Part shown: piece by piece, positions 20,668-32,480 of the stretch
How the letters are laid out: each line of letters opens with the position of its first letter
Numbering within the stretch: the stretch's first letter is position 1
NCBI RefSeq assembly: GCF_024298765.1
Contig: NZ_CP101211.1
Source: Escherichia coli
Lineage (GTDB): Bacteria; Pseudomonadota; Gammaproteobacteria; Enterobacterales; Enterobacteriaceae
Strand: one strand, 5' to 3'
Length of the DNA stretch: 64,000 nt
Made by a program: the position numbers and the translations under genes
The notes under the pieces: model-generated
Told to the model about the DNA's origin: nothing
Databases searched by the model: none
The model's input: the letters and a program-made list of their open reading frames with translations, nothing else

Positions 20668-21443
20668 TCCTTTTGCTTCAGTCCAAAAAAGTAACTTTGG
20701 TTGGCTGAAGACACTTGTCTATGACAATGTAAAATCTGTCGCTGGCATCTTCTTTTAGCTTAACCAAATTTTTATCTAACCCAGTGGGGAAGTCGCTTCC
20801 CTTCTGGGGCACTTCCTCTCAAATTCGAGGTAGTGTATATGACACATTCATCTGATGATAAAAACTATGTCCGAGCAGTTCTGAGTTATCTTGGCATAGA
20901 TTTTGATGAGGCGGATATAGTATTAAGTGTTTGCCATTGTCAAAGTGACGAGCTTTCTTTTACCTGTAATATCAAAGCTATTGAACTCAAGAATGCTGTT
21001 GATTTATATGTCGATAGTATCTCTGAGAATGAAATAGAAGCTTTAAACAGAGAATCTTTAAAATCGCGACTCTGTTACTTTCTTGAGGTGTTTGACGCAG
21101 TCTCTGGTCAGTACCTTGAAATTTCAGGAAAACACTTTGCAACTAGTCGTTTTGAATATGATGATGTTTGTAGTGAAGTTCTTAGCATGTCTAATGATGT
21201 TTCTCAGTCGAAAGGTTATGACCGGGATGAATATAACAGACTGATGCAGGTTGATGGTCAGGTTATGATTGCCCGTTTTGCTTTGCAACAGTTCTGGGAT
21301 ACTCATTTTATTGGACTAATAACATTTGTATCTGAGTCTATAACATCGAGCCTCTATAAAGCTTATGAAACTTTTAGTGATATTAGTTTGGCTTGCTATA
21401 AACTGAGTGAATATTCTTATTCACGCTCGGTAATGACTCCAAC

Positions 21444-21947
21444 TTATTGATAGTGTTTTATGTTCAGATAATGCCCGATGACTTTGTCATGCAGCTCCAC
21501 CGATTTTGAGAACGACAGCGACTTCCGTCCCAGCCGTGCCAGGTGCTGCCTCAGATTCAGGTTATGCCGCTCAATTCGCTGCGTATATCGCTTGCTGATT
21601 ACGTGCAGCTTTCCCTTCAGGCGGGATTCATACAGCGGCCAGCCATCCGTCATCCATATCACCACGTCAAAGGGTGACAGCAGGCTCATAAGACGCCCCA
21701 GCGTCGCCATAGTGCGTTCACCGAATACGTGCGCAACAACCGTCTTCCGGAGCCTGTCATACGCGTAAAACAGCCAGCGCTGGCGCGATTTAGCCCCGAC
21801 GTATCCCCACTGTTCGTCCATTTCCGCGCAGACGATGACGTCACTGCCCGGCTGTATGCGCGAGGTTACCGACTGCGGCCTGAGTTTTTTAAATGGCGGA
21901 AAATCGTGTTGAGGCCAACGCCCATAATGCGGGCGGTTGCCCGGCAT
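21444..21947 (-). CDS. insB: IS1 InsB (transposase made by frameshift fusion with InsA)
   Basis: 167-aa ORF matching IS1 InsB as recalled. Confidence 0.8.
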   Translation of the reverse strand: MPGNRPHYGRWPQHDFPPFKKLRPQSVTSRIQPGSDVIVCAEMDEQWGYVGAKSRQRWLFYAYDRLRKTVVAHVFGERTMATLGRLMSLLSPFDVVIWMTDGWPLYESRLKGKLHVISKRYTQRIERHNLNLRQHLARLGRKSLSFSKSVELHDKVIGHYLNIKHYQ

Positions 21948-22141
21948 CCAACGCCATTCATGGCCATATCAATGATTTTCTGGTGCGTACCGGGTTGAGA
22001 AGCGGTGTAAGTGAACTGCAGTTGCCATGTTTTACGGCAGTGAGAGCAGAGATAGCGCTGATGTCCGGCGGTGCTTTTGCCGTTACGCACCACCCCGTCA
22101 GTAGCTGAACAGGAGGGACAGCTGATAGAAACAGAAGCCAC
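21866..22141 (-). CDS. insA: IS1 InsA
   Basis: 91-aa [46 protein letters not shown] matches IS1 InsA as recalled. Confidence 0.8.
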   Translation of the reverse strand: MASVSISCPSCSATDGVVRNGKSTAGHQRYLCSHCRKTWQLQFTYTASQPGTHQKIIDMAMNGVGCRATARIMGVGLNTIFRHLKNSGRSR

Positions 22142-22611
22142 TGGAGCACCTCAAAAACACCATCATACACTAAATCAGTAAGTTGGCAGCATCACCTTCA
22201 CGCTCTATCAACAGTGAATTGACCCTTAATATTTCACTTAAAGAAAATGACTTCTGTGAGGACCTATCTGATTGCTATATGGAAGATGAGGCTTTACCTT
22301 CTGGTAGGGTAATTTCTCGACGCAACAATGACTCCATAATAAGTATTTATGAGAGCTATGCTGCGGCTTCTTATATTCCGATGATTGCATCTTTGGAAGT
22401 CGTTGATGAATACGGCGAAGTGGTTACTGACCTCTGCCATACCGTTTATGTTTCAGAGTTAACCGGTGGGCGGATTAAAATCCACGACCGTAATGACTTA
22501 GTATCTGAAGTTTTCGATAACCTAAGAAATTTAAATCTTGCAGTTGGAGATTCAGTTTCACAAGCTGCTTGATTCTTTCCCTGATTTTGATTTTTTCTCA
22601 CATACTCTTAT

Positions 22612-22637
22612 GGCACGGTTTCCGTGCCTTTTTTTTG
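22612..22637 (+). terminator. Intrinsic terminator after the paralog array
   Basis: GGCACGG-ttt-CCGTGCC hairpin followed by TTTTTTTT. Confidence 0.6.
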
Positions 22638-22835
22638 CCTCGCTTACAAGCGTCTACTCCTCTTCTACCTATCCCACCTTACATCACCACTTAAAATCTA
22701 TCTTTCTAATTCCATTATCCTTTTCGTAGCCTCTAATGCTCTGGTATGAACATACTCTTTAAACTCAAAAAAGTGCTATTAACGAAAAAAAATCCCTAAA
22801 GAGATTTGTATACTGTTCTCAACCAAGGAGAGCTC

Positions 22836-23111
22836 ATGAATGAACTAAAATCCAAAAACGAGAACAGTACCAAAAGCAACTTTCCCCCGGTTGATAATCA
22901 GTTTTGCTTTTACCATGTTGATTTCAGCATAGAACGACTACTTTCTACGGCCGAGGATCTCCAGCTTGAGTACATCTTCCAGAAACCTGGAAGTGAAGTA
23001 AGAAAGGATTTGGTTGAGCGATTCGAACGTGGAGAGCGCTTTGTTACAGCTTCACACTGTGACAATTTCTGTGAAATCCTTGGTTGTCAAGGCCATCAGG
23101 AAAATGCATAA
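22836..23111 (+). CDS. Hypothetical protein
   Basis: ATG with strong RBS aaggagag (track ORF begins at an upstream TTG, 22806). Confidence 0.35.
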   Translation: MNELKSKNENSTKSNFPPVDNQFCFYHVDFSIERLLSTAEDLQLEYIFQKPGSEVRKDLVERFERGERFVTASHCDNFCEILGCQGHQENA

Positions 23112-23155
23112 ACCCATAAACCTACATTTCCACTTTTAAGGATGTTCACTAAAGA

Positions 23156-23746
23156 ATGATTGGAGAAAGTATTTTTGACTGGGTAATTTACGGAATATCC
23201 ATTTTGATATTTGCCTCAGCACTAATTGAAGGAAAGACAACTCGCTACCCAGCACTTTTTTTCTATGGGAGTTTAATTTTAATGTTAATCCTGATAGTTG
23301 CTGGAGGCCTTAACTGGTGGTTCTACAGGTCAAAATATGGCGCAGTAATCGTTATCTTCACAGTGGTTTCTTTACTGATGACTCGATTCCGCCTGGTCAT
23401 ATATAAATTAAGATTAAGAAAGTTAGTTTCAGAGATCAGATTTCGTATAAAAACGGGTTTTCGTATAATTCTTGTTTTGTCGGATAATGAGGATGAGCGT
23501 AATGTTCTGCTGTCTATGCTTAGCAACGTATTGCCAGAGCAAACGCTTATTCACACGCGTGATGCTCTCGGACCTCATTCAGGGCCTATCCTAAAAGCTC
23601 TTGAGCTACATCATCAACAGGGAACAGGTTACATACTCGTCTGTGAACAACAAATCTCAGCGCGTACGTGGTTGAGTATCGTAGAAAATGGGAAACCTGA
23701 TACATCTATAGCTGTTAATTTTCATTCGATCCCAGAAATGGAGTGA
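23156..23746 (+). CDS. Hypothetical membrane protein
   Basis: 196 aa; several N-terminal hydrophobic helices. Confidence 0.35.
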   Translation: MIGESIFDWVIYGISILIFASALIEGKTTRYPALFFYGSLILMLILIVAGGLNWWFYRSKYGAVIVIFTVVSLLMTRFRLVIYKLRLRKLVSEIRFRIKTGFRIILVLSDNEDERNVLLSMLSNVLPEQTLIHTRDALGPHSGPILKALELHHQQGTGYILVCEQQISARTWLSIVENGKPDTSIAVNFHSIPEME

Positions 23747-23753
23747 TTTTTCA

Positions 23754-24011
23754 ATGAGTAGAACCGTTTCACAAAGTGTCACAGAAGATTGTCTTTTTGA
23801 TACCCGCACACAAGTCAGATTACAACTAAGTCGAAGCGTTCATAAAACGCTGGCATCTGCTAAAGAAATTTTACAGGGAAGGGGGGTTGATTCGGTCTCT
23901 ATTGAAGATCTTGTGCGAGCCTGTCTTGAAGAGAACCAGCCAATTGATCTCGCCTCACTTTACCTTGAAAATCTCTTAAAACAGAAAGGTACCAGCATTT
24001 GCGATTTTTAG
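23754..24011 (+). CDS. Hypothetical small protein
   Basis: 85-aa ORF tightly coupled to upstream gene. Confidence 0.3.
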   Translation: MSRTVSQSVTEDCLFDTRTQVRLQLSRSVHKTLASAKEILQGRGVDSVSIEDLVRACLEENQPIDLASLYLENLLKQKGTSICDF

Positions 24012-24084
24012 TGTTTTCAAACCTATTAGATAAAATGCCGGTTGTGTTTATATAACATCAATAATTTCATGCAACAGGTAAAAC

Positions 24085-24621
24085 ATGAGTACTCAAAAGC
24101 AACTTTCCAGAACAACCGGCACTGAACGTATGTTTAAGGAAGAGCTGGCGTTATCCTTAATTTGTTGGGTTTTCACCAGTCCATTTACCAACTGGACCGA
24201 TAAAGTCTTCAGTGGTATTGAAGTTCCGTCTGAAGGACCGTCAACATTACTGGGTGAGGCTGAAAAATTCTTTCGTTTTGTCGTTAATGAAGAAGGCTAC
24301 GACGCAGGAAGGGCTGCTCTTGGTCTTGACCTATGTTGTTTTTCACTTCCGTCGTGTTTGTTCCCGGACGCTGCCCTGTCTGAGGAAGAGGTTATGAGTA
24401 AGTTAACCGGAGAAGTTATCCATGGGATTCTTCTTTCCTTACCTGAATTTATTGATATGCCAGAAGTGCTCGCTTACCAGGTCAGGGATGAAATTCTTGC
24501 TTTTAACACTCGCTGTGGAGACGGGATCTTTCATGGTTGGAACACGGCTTCAGAATTGTGGAAGTTTGAAATCTTTCCCCGCACCACCATCATGATGCAG
24601 CATACTTCGGCAATACATTAA
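24085..24621 (+). CDS. Hypothetical protein
   Basis: 178-aa ORF. Confidence 0.3.
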   Translation: MSTQKQLSRTTGTERMFKEELALSLICWVFTSPFTNWTDKVFSGIEVPSEGPSTLLGEAEKFFRFVVNEEGYDAGRAALGLDLCCFSLPSCLFPDAALSEEEVMSKLTGEVIHGILLSLPEFIDMPEVLAYQVRDEILAFNTRCGDGIFHGWNTASELWKFEIFPRTTIMMQHTSAIH

Positions 24622-24637
24622 AATTAGGCGGGGCAGA

Positions 24638-25084
24638 ATGCATAAAAAACTTTTTCTTCTCGAATGGAAACCCTGTCAGAGCCGCGTATGGGCCGGTTGG
24701 ATGGCCCTGTGGTTGACTATCAGTTTTCTGATGTTATCTGCCTTGCTTATGACAGATCATCTCCTGAACAAAGTCATCCTGCCGCCAACATGGTTGTTGA
24801 TCTGGTTTTCGCCAATGCTGGGGTTTTTGATAAAAGTTCGCGTCGTCGAAACTCAACATTTCCTGGAGCATGACCTCTGTGTTGCAGGTTTCTCTTTTTA
24901 CCGCTGGAAGAGGTTAGTTTCTCCCGGGCTTTGGTCAGTTGACTGTATAAATGGTCGTTTTCGCCTCAATCGGATCACCCAGGTGGGTAAGACTATCCAC
25001 TATCCATGGCGTCTCCATTATCATCCTTTGTTCATGAGCCCTATCGAACATAAATCGCATGCTGTGAAAGCTGTTTCAAAATGA
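24638..25084 (+). CDS. Hypothetical membrane protein
   Basis: 148-aa ORF with two hydrophobic segments. Confidence 0.3.
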   Translation: MHKKLFLLEWKPCQSRVWAGWMALWLTISFLMLSALLMTDHLLNKVILPPTWLLIWFSPMLGFLIKVRVVETQHFLEHDLCVAGFSFYRWKRLVSPGLWSVDCINGRFRLNRITQVGKTIHYPWRLHYHPLFMSPIEHKSHAVKAVSK

Positions 25085-25156
25085 CTTCTTTAGAGGTTTA
25101 CATGACATTTATGTTCTGCAAGGTCAGCCAGGGCAGCAAAATTGATTTGAAATAAC

Positions 25157-26137
25157 ATGAGCCTGGAGAAACGTATGAGTTATGACGATTTGCCCTATTT
25201 TCGTGACCAGATTCTGGAACGTATCGACTCGCTTAAGTGTTTTCTTTCGAACACCCCCCCGCTGATGGCAAACCTGATGACTGTCTCCACCGTATCTCGA
25301 ACAGAAGAGCGACTGAAGCAGGTTAAACCCATCAGGGTTAGTGTTAAAGACGATGCTTCGGTTGAGGAAATTATTCAGGCACTTACTGACATCTGTGTGG
25401 ATGACATAGAGTCATTAAGTCATGATTCCACCAAAGTGACCACTAAATACCCGGGTCTTATCATTGTCCCAGAAAGAGCAGATCTTCTCGAAAGCTTGAT
25501 CACATCTATAAATGAAGCAAAAAATGATTTTGCTGCGGCAATGAGGCGTATCGATAATAAAAAGAATGTCCGTTTTGATAAAGTGCACAAGAAGCTCCCG
25601 GGCCTTGTCGCTATGCACTCAACAAGAAATGTCCTTTTCATCAAGTCCCAGCTTAAAAAAGTTACTTTTTCATGGCGGCTAAACCGAAACCAGGAAGTTA
25701 AAACAGCAGAGCAACTTGTGAGTTTGTTGGAGCGCAGGAGAGCCTCAGAAGTAAAAAATGTAGCAACTACCAATTTGAATGTCGTGTCTAATATCGATAA
25801 GGCTTTACACCGTCTTGAATTTCACCCACTGAAGCAGGGCGAATCTTATCGCCTTTGTCGAACTAACTCTTTCCCTGTTCCGATTGCTCACATTTTTGCA
25901 TTTAGGCCTGAAGGGCAGGAACGAAACGGGAATAAATATGCTGAGACTGATTATTCAGTAGTAAAAGCATCCTTGCCCATTTTCGCAGCAGGCAACATAC
26001 CTCAATTAAAAACGCTCTCTGACTGGGCTCCTGAAAACAGCCAGGGCCCGTCCAACCAACGGAAGCTGAGCCTGAAATATACAGAACTCGTGCCGGGGGC
26101 TGAGCTGGGCATTTTCATTGTCAGCCCCGAAAATTAA
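25157..26137 (+). CDS. Hypothetical protein
   Basis: 326-aa ORF. Confidence 0.35.
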   Translation: MSLEKRMSYDDLPYFRDQILERIDSLKCFLSNTPPLMANLMTVSTVSRTEERLKQVKPIRVSVKDDASVEEIIQALTDICVDDIESLSHDSTKVTTKYPGLIIVPERADLLESLITSINEAKNDFAAAMRRIDNKKNVRFDKVHKKLPGLVAMHSTRNVLFIKSQLKKVTFSWRLNRNQEVKTAEQLVSLLERRRASEVKNVATTNLNVVSNIDKALHRLEFHPLKQGESYRLCRTNSFPVPIAHIFAFRPEGQERNGNKYAETDYSVVKASLPIFAAGNIPQLKTLSDWAPENSQGPSNQRKLSLKYTELVPGAELGIFIVSPEN

Positions 26138-26146
26138 GGAACAACA

Positions 26147-27052
26147 ATGCAATGGATTTCCACAGCCAGCCAGAAAATCGATGAGCGTCTCTATCGTGTC
26201 TGTGTCTGGGTAAAAAAATATCACGCTGATGCGATTAACCGCGTTGTGCTTACCGTTGATCTAAGTAAAGCCCGACATGACCCTGACGAGGACCAGGTAA
26301 GAGCAGAGCTGCTGTGCGGCCATTATTTTTTGCTTCGTAAGGAAAACGCTTCGAACTCTGCGCCTGACGATCAAAAGTTTGCTTTCCTGCCTGACGGGCG
26401 CAATCTGTGTTGGCAGACCGCAACCCCGGTGCTTCAGCATCTCCTGCTCAATAAAAACGTTCCTGAGTCGCTGAGGTTGCTTACGGACTACATACATATG
26501 CGTCTGGCCAGGCTGACAATGGTACCAATGTCCGGAACCATCATGAACGAGGCTCTGCTGGACAGCATCAGCTGGGTTAAGGTGGATTTGACCTACTTCT
26601 GGCAGTACGAACAGCTCAGCTCTCATCTGGGACCCATCCAGATAACCCACAAGGCACTAGTACGCTTCGGGCATCTGGCAAAGAATGATGAAAACTCCAG
26701 TGCCATAAGAATCCTGCGTCAGCGTCTGTCTTCAGAATTCTTACAAGAATTTCAGATGGCTGAGGATGAGCTAAAGCGCAAACAGTCGTTGATGGGCACC
26801 ATGGACGTGAAAATGCTGTTTCATGCTCATTACCCCAGCCAGAAGATGCTGGTGGCTCGATATAAAAATGGTTGGGTAATGGTGGATTGTTTTCTGTTTC
26901 ATCATACCAAACCTAAGAAAAAAGCAAAAAACAAAACTACTGTGGCTAAGCCTCAACTTAAAGAGACTAAAAGAGAAGGGAGTGAAAATGGAACTGGGCA
27001 TTATGGTGTGCATCGTGTTGTTACTCTCCGTGGCGGCGGCGTGGATCAGTAA
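26147..27052 (+). CDS. Hypothetical protein
   Basis: 301-aa ORF; lysine-rich C-terminal tail overlapping next ORF. Confidence 0.35.
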   Translation: MQWISTASQKIDERLYRVCVWVKKYHADAINRVVLTVDLSKARHDPDEDQVRAELLCGHYFLLRKENASNSAPDDQKFAFLPDGRNLCWQTATPVLQHLLLNKNVPESLRLLTDYIHMRLARLTMVPMSGTIMNEALLDSISWVKVDLTYFWQYEQLSSHLGPIQITHKALVRFGHLAKNDENSSAIRILRQRLSSEFLQEFQMAEDELKRKQSLMGTMDVKMLFHAHYPSQKMLVARYKNGWVMVDCFLFHHTKPKKKAKNKTTVAKPQLKETKREGSENGTGHYGVHRVVTLRGGGVDQ

Positions 27053-27332
27053 TAAGACAGTTGATTTGCTCGAAAGATTCTATTTCAAGCGTCCGCTGAG
27101 CATGGAGTACGCGGCATGGCTACGTGTAATGTGTGCAGGCTTGTTATTGGTTTTTATTCAGGTTGCTCCACAATTTACACTTCTGTATACCCTTAAACTT
27201 GTCACGCTTATTAATCTTGGAATCCAGACAATGAAATTAAATGGCGTGTACAAATATAAAAGAACGGGAATTTTGCCTCCGGGAGGGGCACTCTCTAATC
27301 TCACCAGACTTAACCCGTTCAAGAAAAAATAA
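26988..27332 (+). CDS. Hypothetical small membrane protein
   Basis: ATG preceded by RBS gaagggag; two hydrophobic helices; overlaps the 3' end of the previous ORF. Confidence 0.3.
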   Translation: MELGIMVCIVLLLSVAAAWISNKTVDLLERFYFKRPLSMEYAAWLRVMCAGLLLVFIQVAPQFTLLYTLKLVTLINLGIQTMKLNGVYKYKRTGILPPGGALSNLTRLNPFKKK

Positions 27333-27353
27333 AGTTATGCGCCCGTGAGGGCG

Positions 27354-28538
27354 CTATTCATCAAAGGCATTTCGCATAAGCTTGATCATTGCTTTTTTAC
27401 CAGCTTCAATATTACGAATGTAGCGCATAACCATTTCTTCATTCGACCAGTTCCCCATTTCCATAATCTGTGGTAGCGAGTAACCTTCAATATTTAGCTG
27501 TATCGCTCCGCCTACACGAACGCTGTGCCCTGTCCAGTAACGAGTTTTAGTCTCATTTGGATAAAGCTCATTCCACATCTCTTTAAATGCTCGTAAAAGG
27601 GAATTTTTGCTGAGCATACCGGCATCGTCCACAGTGTCTTCTTCATCTTCATCGTTCAGAAGACTTTGCTTAGCACGATAGGGTAGGTTATGCCTTTTAA
27701 GAAGTTCAGATAGCTCATTCCCCTTACTCCGAAGCTTCCAGCCGGGTGGCATATAGCCTGTATCATGGAAATTTACGGCCTGGAAAAGGAATTCATCCGG
27801 ATGACTGTGCTGATCCATTTTCACGAGGTTCATCAATCTCAAGAGGCAGTTAGTTAACTGACGTGTCAGCCGGTAGGTAAGAAGTGTACTAATGTTCGTT
27901 TTTGTACGGTATACCGTCAGGTTAAATTCACCGGTCATACTATCCAGAGACAGATCTTTCAGACGTATACGTCGAATTTCGGATGAACGGAGCAGTGTTT
28001 CAAAGCCTGTCCAGATCAGGCACAGGTCACGAAGTTTACGAACTGAGTTTGTAGTACTGCGTAACTTTATCAGAGCCTTGAGATCGCCAATAAGAAAGGG
28101 AGTTGCCTGTTTAGTCGTCTTTCGCTTCCGGGCTTCCGATTGTTTTAAGGCTTCCAGCATGTACCATGCTTCAGACGTAATAATCCCGGGCAGGTTAAGC
28201 CCTTTTTTATGGATACTATTTAAGGCCTGAAGACAGCTGTTTATGCTGCTTCGTGACAATTTGCCTTCAAGATGCCCCATAAACGCAAGCAGAGCGTCCT
28301 CAGACACGGGGAGCGAACTTACTGGCCAGTCTGTATGCAACCGGGCATTCGCCAGATACCATTCGTTCCATACTCGTAGCCAGTGCAGATAGGTTTTAGC
28401 AGTGTTGTATCTCAGATGGGAAAAGTAACGGATCAAGCGTGAAAGCTGTTTATCATGGTTGCCGAACGTTTCCAGCTGCTGATGCAATTCGCTTTCCGAA
28501 AACTGTCTGATCACTGATTGATTCTTCATCCTGCTCAC
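27354..28538 (-). CDS. Tyrosine site-specific recombinase (phage-integrase family)
   Basis: 394 aa; C-terminal catalytic-type blocks (LRSSEIRRIRLKDL; HSVRVGGAIQL; MRYIR) typical of the family. Confidence 0.65.
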   Translation of the reverse strand: MSRMKNQSVIRQFSESELHQQLETFGNHDKQLSRLIRYFSHLRYNTAKTYLHWLRVWNEWYLANARLHTDWPVSSLPVSEDALLAFMGHLEGKLSRSSINSCLQALNSIHKKGLNLPGIITSEAWYMLEALKQSEARKRKTTKQATPFLIGDLKALIKLRSTTNSVRKLRDLCLIWTGFETLLRSSEIRRIRLKDLSLDSMTGEFNLTVYRTKTNISTLLTYRLTRQLTNCLLRLMNLVKMDQHSHPDEFLFQAVNFHDTGYMPPGWKLRSKGNELSELLKRHNLPYRAKQSLLNDEDEEDTVDDAGMLSKNSLLRAFKEMWNELYPNETKTRYWTGHSVRVGGAIQLNIEGYSLPQIMEMGNWSNEEMVMRYIRNIEAGKKAMIKLMRNAFDE

Positions 28539-28699
28539 CGGGATACACTGGTTTTAATTACAGGTCATTTTAGCACTCATGTACCTGGTTATGAACAGGG
28601 TGGAAACAACGAAAAAGGTTGTGAAATCGTTAGGCTTAAGTGAAAAATGATATTAAGATTATCCCTGGCCAGTTGAGGCCTGTCTAAAGAAGGTTGATT

Positions 28700-28912
28700 A
28701 TGTCTGACACAAAGCAGTCTTATTTAATGAAATTCCGTAAGTGTAGTTCGTTCGAAACGCTCGAAAAAGTATTTGAAAGGTTATGTGAAAAAAACTCGGG
28801 TGTCGCCTCTCTTGAAATTTCTGGTGCTTATGATCATCGTAAAGCCGAACTGACAATGAAAAAGTTATATGACAAAGTTCCTGCGAGTGTGTGGACCTTT
28901 GTTCGCGAGTAA
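28700..28912 (+). CDS. Small hypothetical protein
   Basis: 70-aa ORF from ATG with RBS aaggttg. Confidence 0.25.
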   Translation: MSDTKQSYLMKFRKCSSFETLEKVFERLCEKNSGVASLEISGAYDHRKAELTMKKLYDKVPASVWTFVRE

Positions 28913-29119
28913 TTATTAATATTGGCACAACAAAAAGACTGTGCCTGGATTTGAAAATAGTTTATGCCCCTTTCGGGGCTAAAGGCATTGTAATAGCCTG
29001 TCTTTTAAAGTTGTTTATTAAGTTCGGAGAAAAACTTTAATCATAAGCCAAGCCCACTGCTAAATACATCCGATATTCTCCTTCATTTTATTAGAAGTGA
29101 TAAAAGTTACTTTACCTAA

Positions 29120-31709
<2,590 letters not shown>

Positions 31710-31714
31710 CTGAT

Positions 31715-32314
31715 ATTGAATATGAAATCAGTCAGGTGCAGCTCGGGCGACGTAAAACAACATACAGTGAGTGCATTGAAAGCCTGATCATTGATGAGAC
31801 CAGTTCCCGGGAATGGCTATATCATCCATTAATGCATGAACTTGAATCTGAACCTCTTCAGGAGTATCGGGGACGGGAGCCTTCAGAGGAAGGGCCTCTT
31901 CTTCAGCGCCTTGCTGACTGTAAGATGAAATTGCCTGATATCCTTCCGGGCAGTCATAACGCGCTAGTCAGGTTACAGCAGGATACGATTGTATGTCTGT
32001 GTCGGTTAACGGTTCGGGCTTATGACATCGCTCAGACCGATGAATTTCCTTTGTTCCTTCGCTATTTCAGGTTGCACTGCCTGGAAAACAGCGAACATGT
32101 CAGTTACGAAAGACTGATCTGCTGGCAGGAAATGATTTCAAAAACCCAGGAAGGCCAGTCCTTGACACAAAACGAACTTGAATATCTTCATGAGATTGTC
32201 CGCATCGCCTTTTACAATCACCGGCTTAACAATGTCAGTATTTCAGATGTTAAAAACCATGACACTGGAAAGAAGAGCGGCAGGGTAGAGTCACAAAACT
32301 ATTCACTTTTATAA
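31715..32314 (+). pseudogene. 3' part of the IS100-interrupted CoiA-like gene
   Basis: In-frame continuation (..DLPD|IEYEISQVQLGRR..) of the 29243 ORF after excising the IS. Confidence 0.5.
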
Positions 32315-32480
32315 ATAACTTGGGCTTTGCGCATTAAACCCTTGCCGCAGGCGGTGTACCGCATATCCGGCACAGACAGTCAGTTTTTTCTGGCAGCTTA
32401 AATTTGACACTGCTTAATATAGTGATTCATTAAACAGGTTCAGTATGCTGCCAGAACGTTTTAGTCGTAATGGGCGTCCG

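Larger units (their letters stand above)
21429..22196 (-). mobile_element. IS1 insertion sequence, 768 bp, with 9-bp target duplication TTCACGCTC
   Basis: Terminal inverted repeats GGTAATGACTCCAACTTA.. / ..TAAGTTGGCAGCATCACC; insA and insB recognised; identical 9-mers at 21420-21428 and 22197-22205. Confidence 0.85.
20833..22572 (+). pseudogene. Paralog-array gene interrupted by IS1 (5' part 20833-21428, 3' part 22206-22572)
   Basis: Removing IS1 and one copy of the 9-bp duplication rejoins the reading frame (..EYSYSRS|INSELTL..) into a ~320-aa protein similar to the upstream paralog. Confidence 0.65.
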
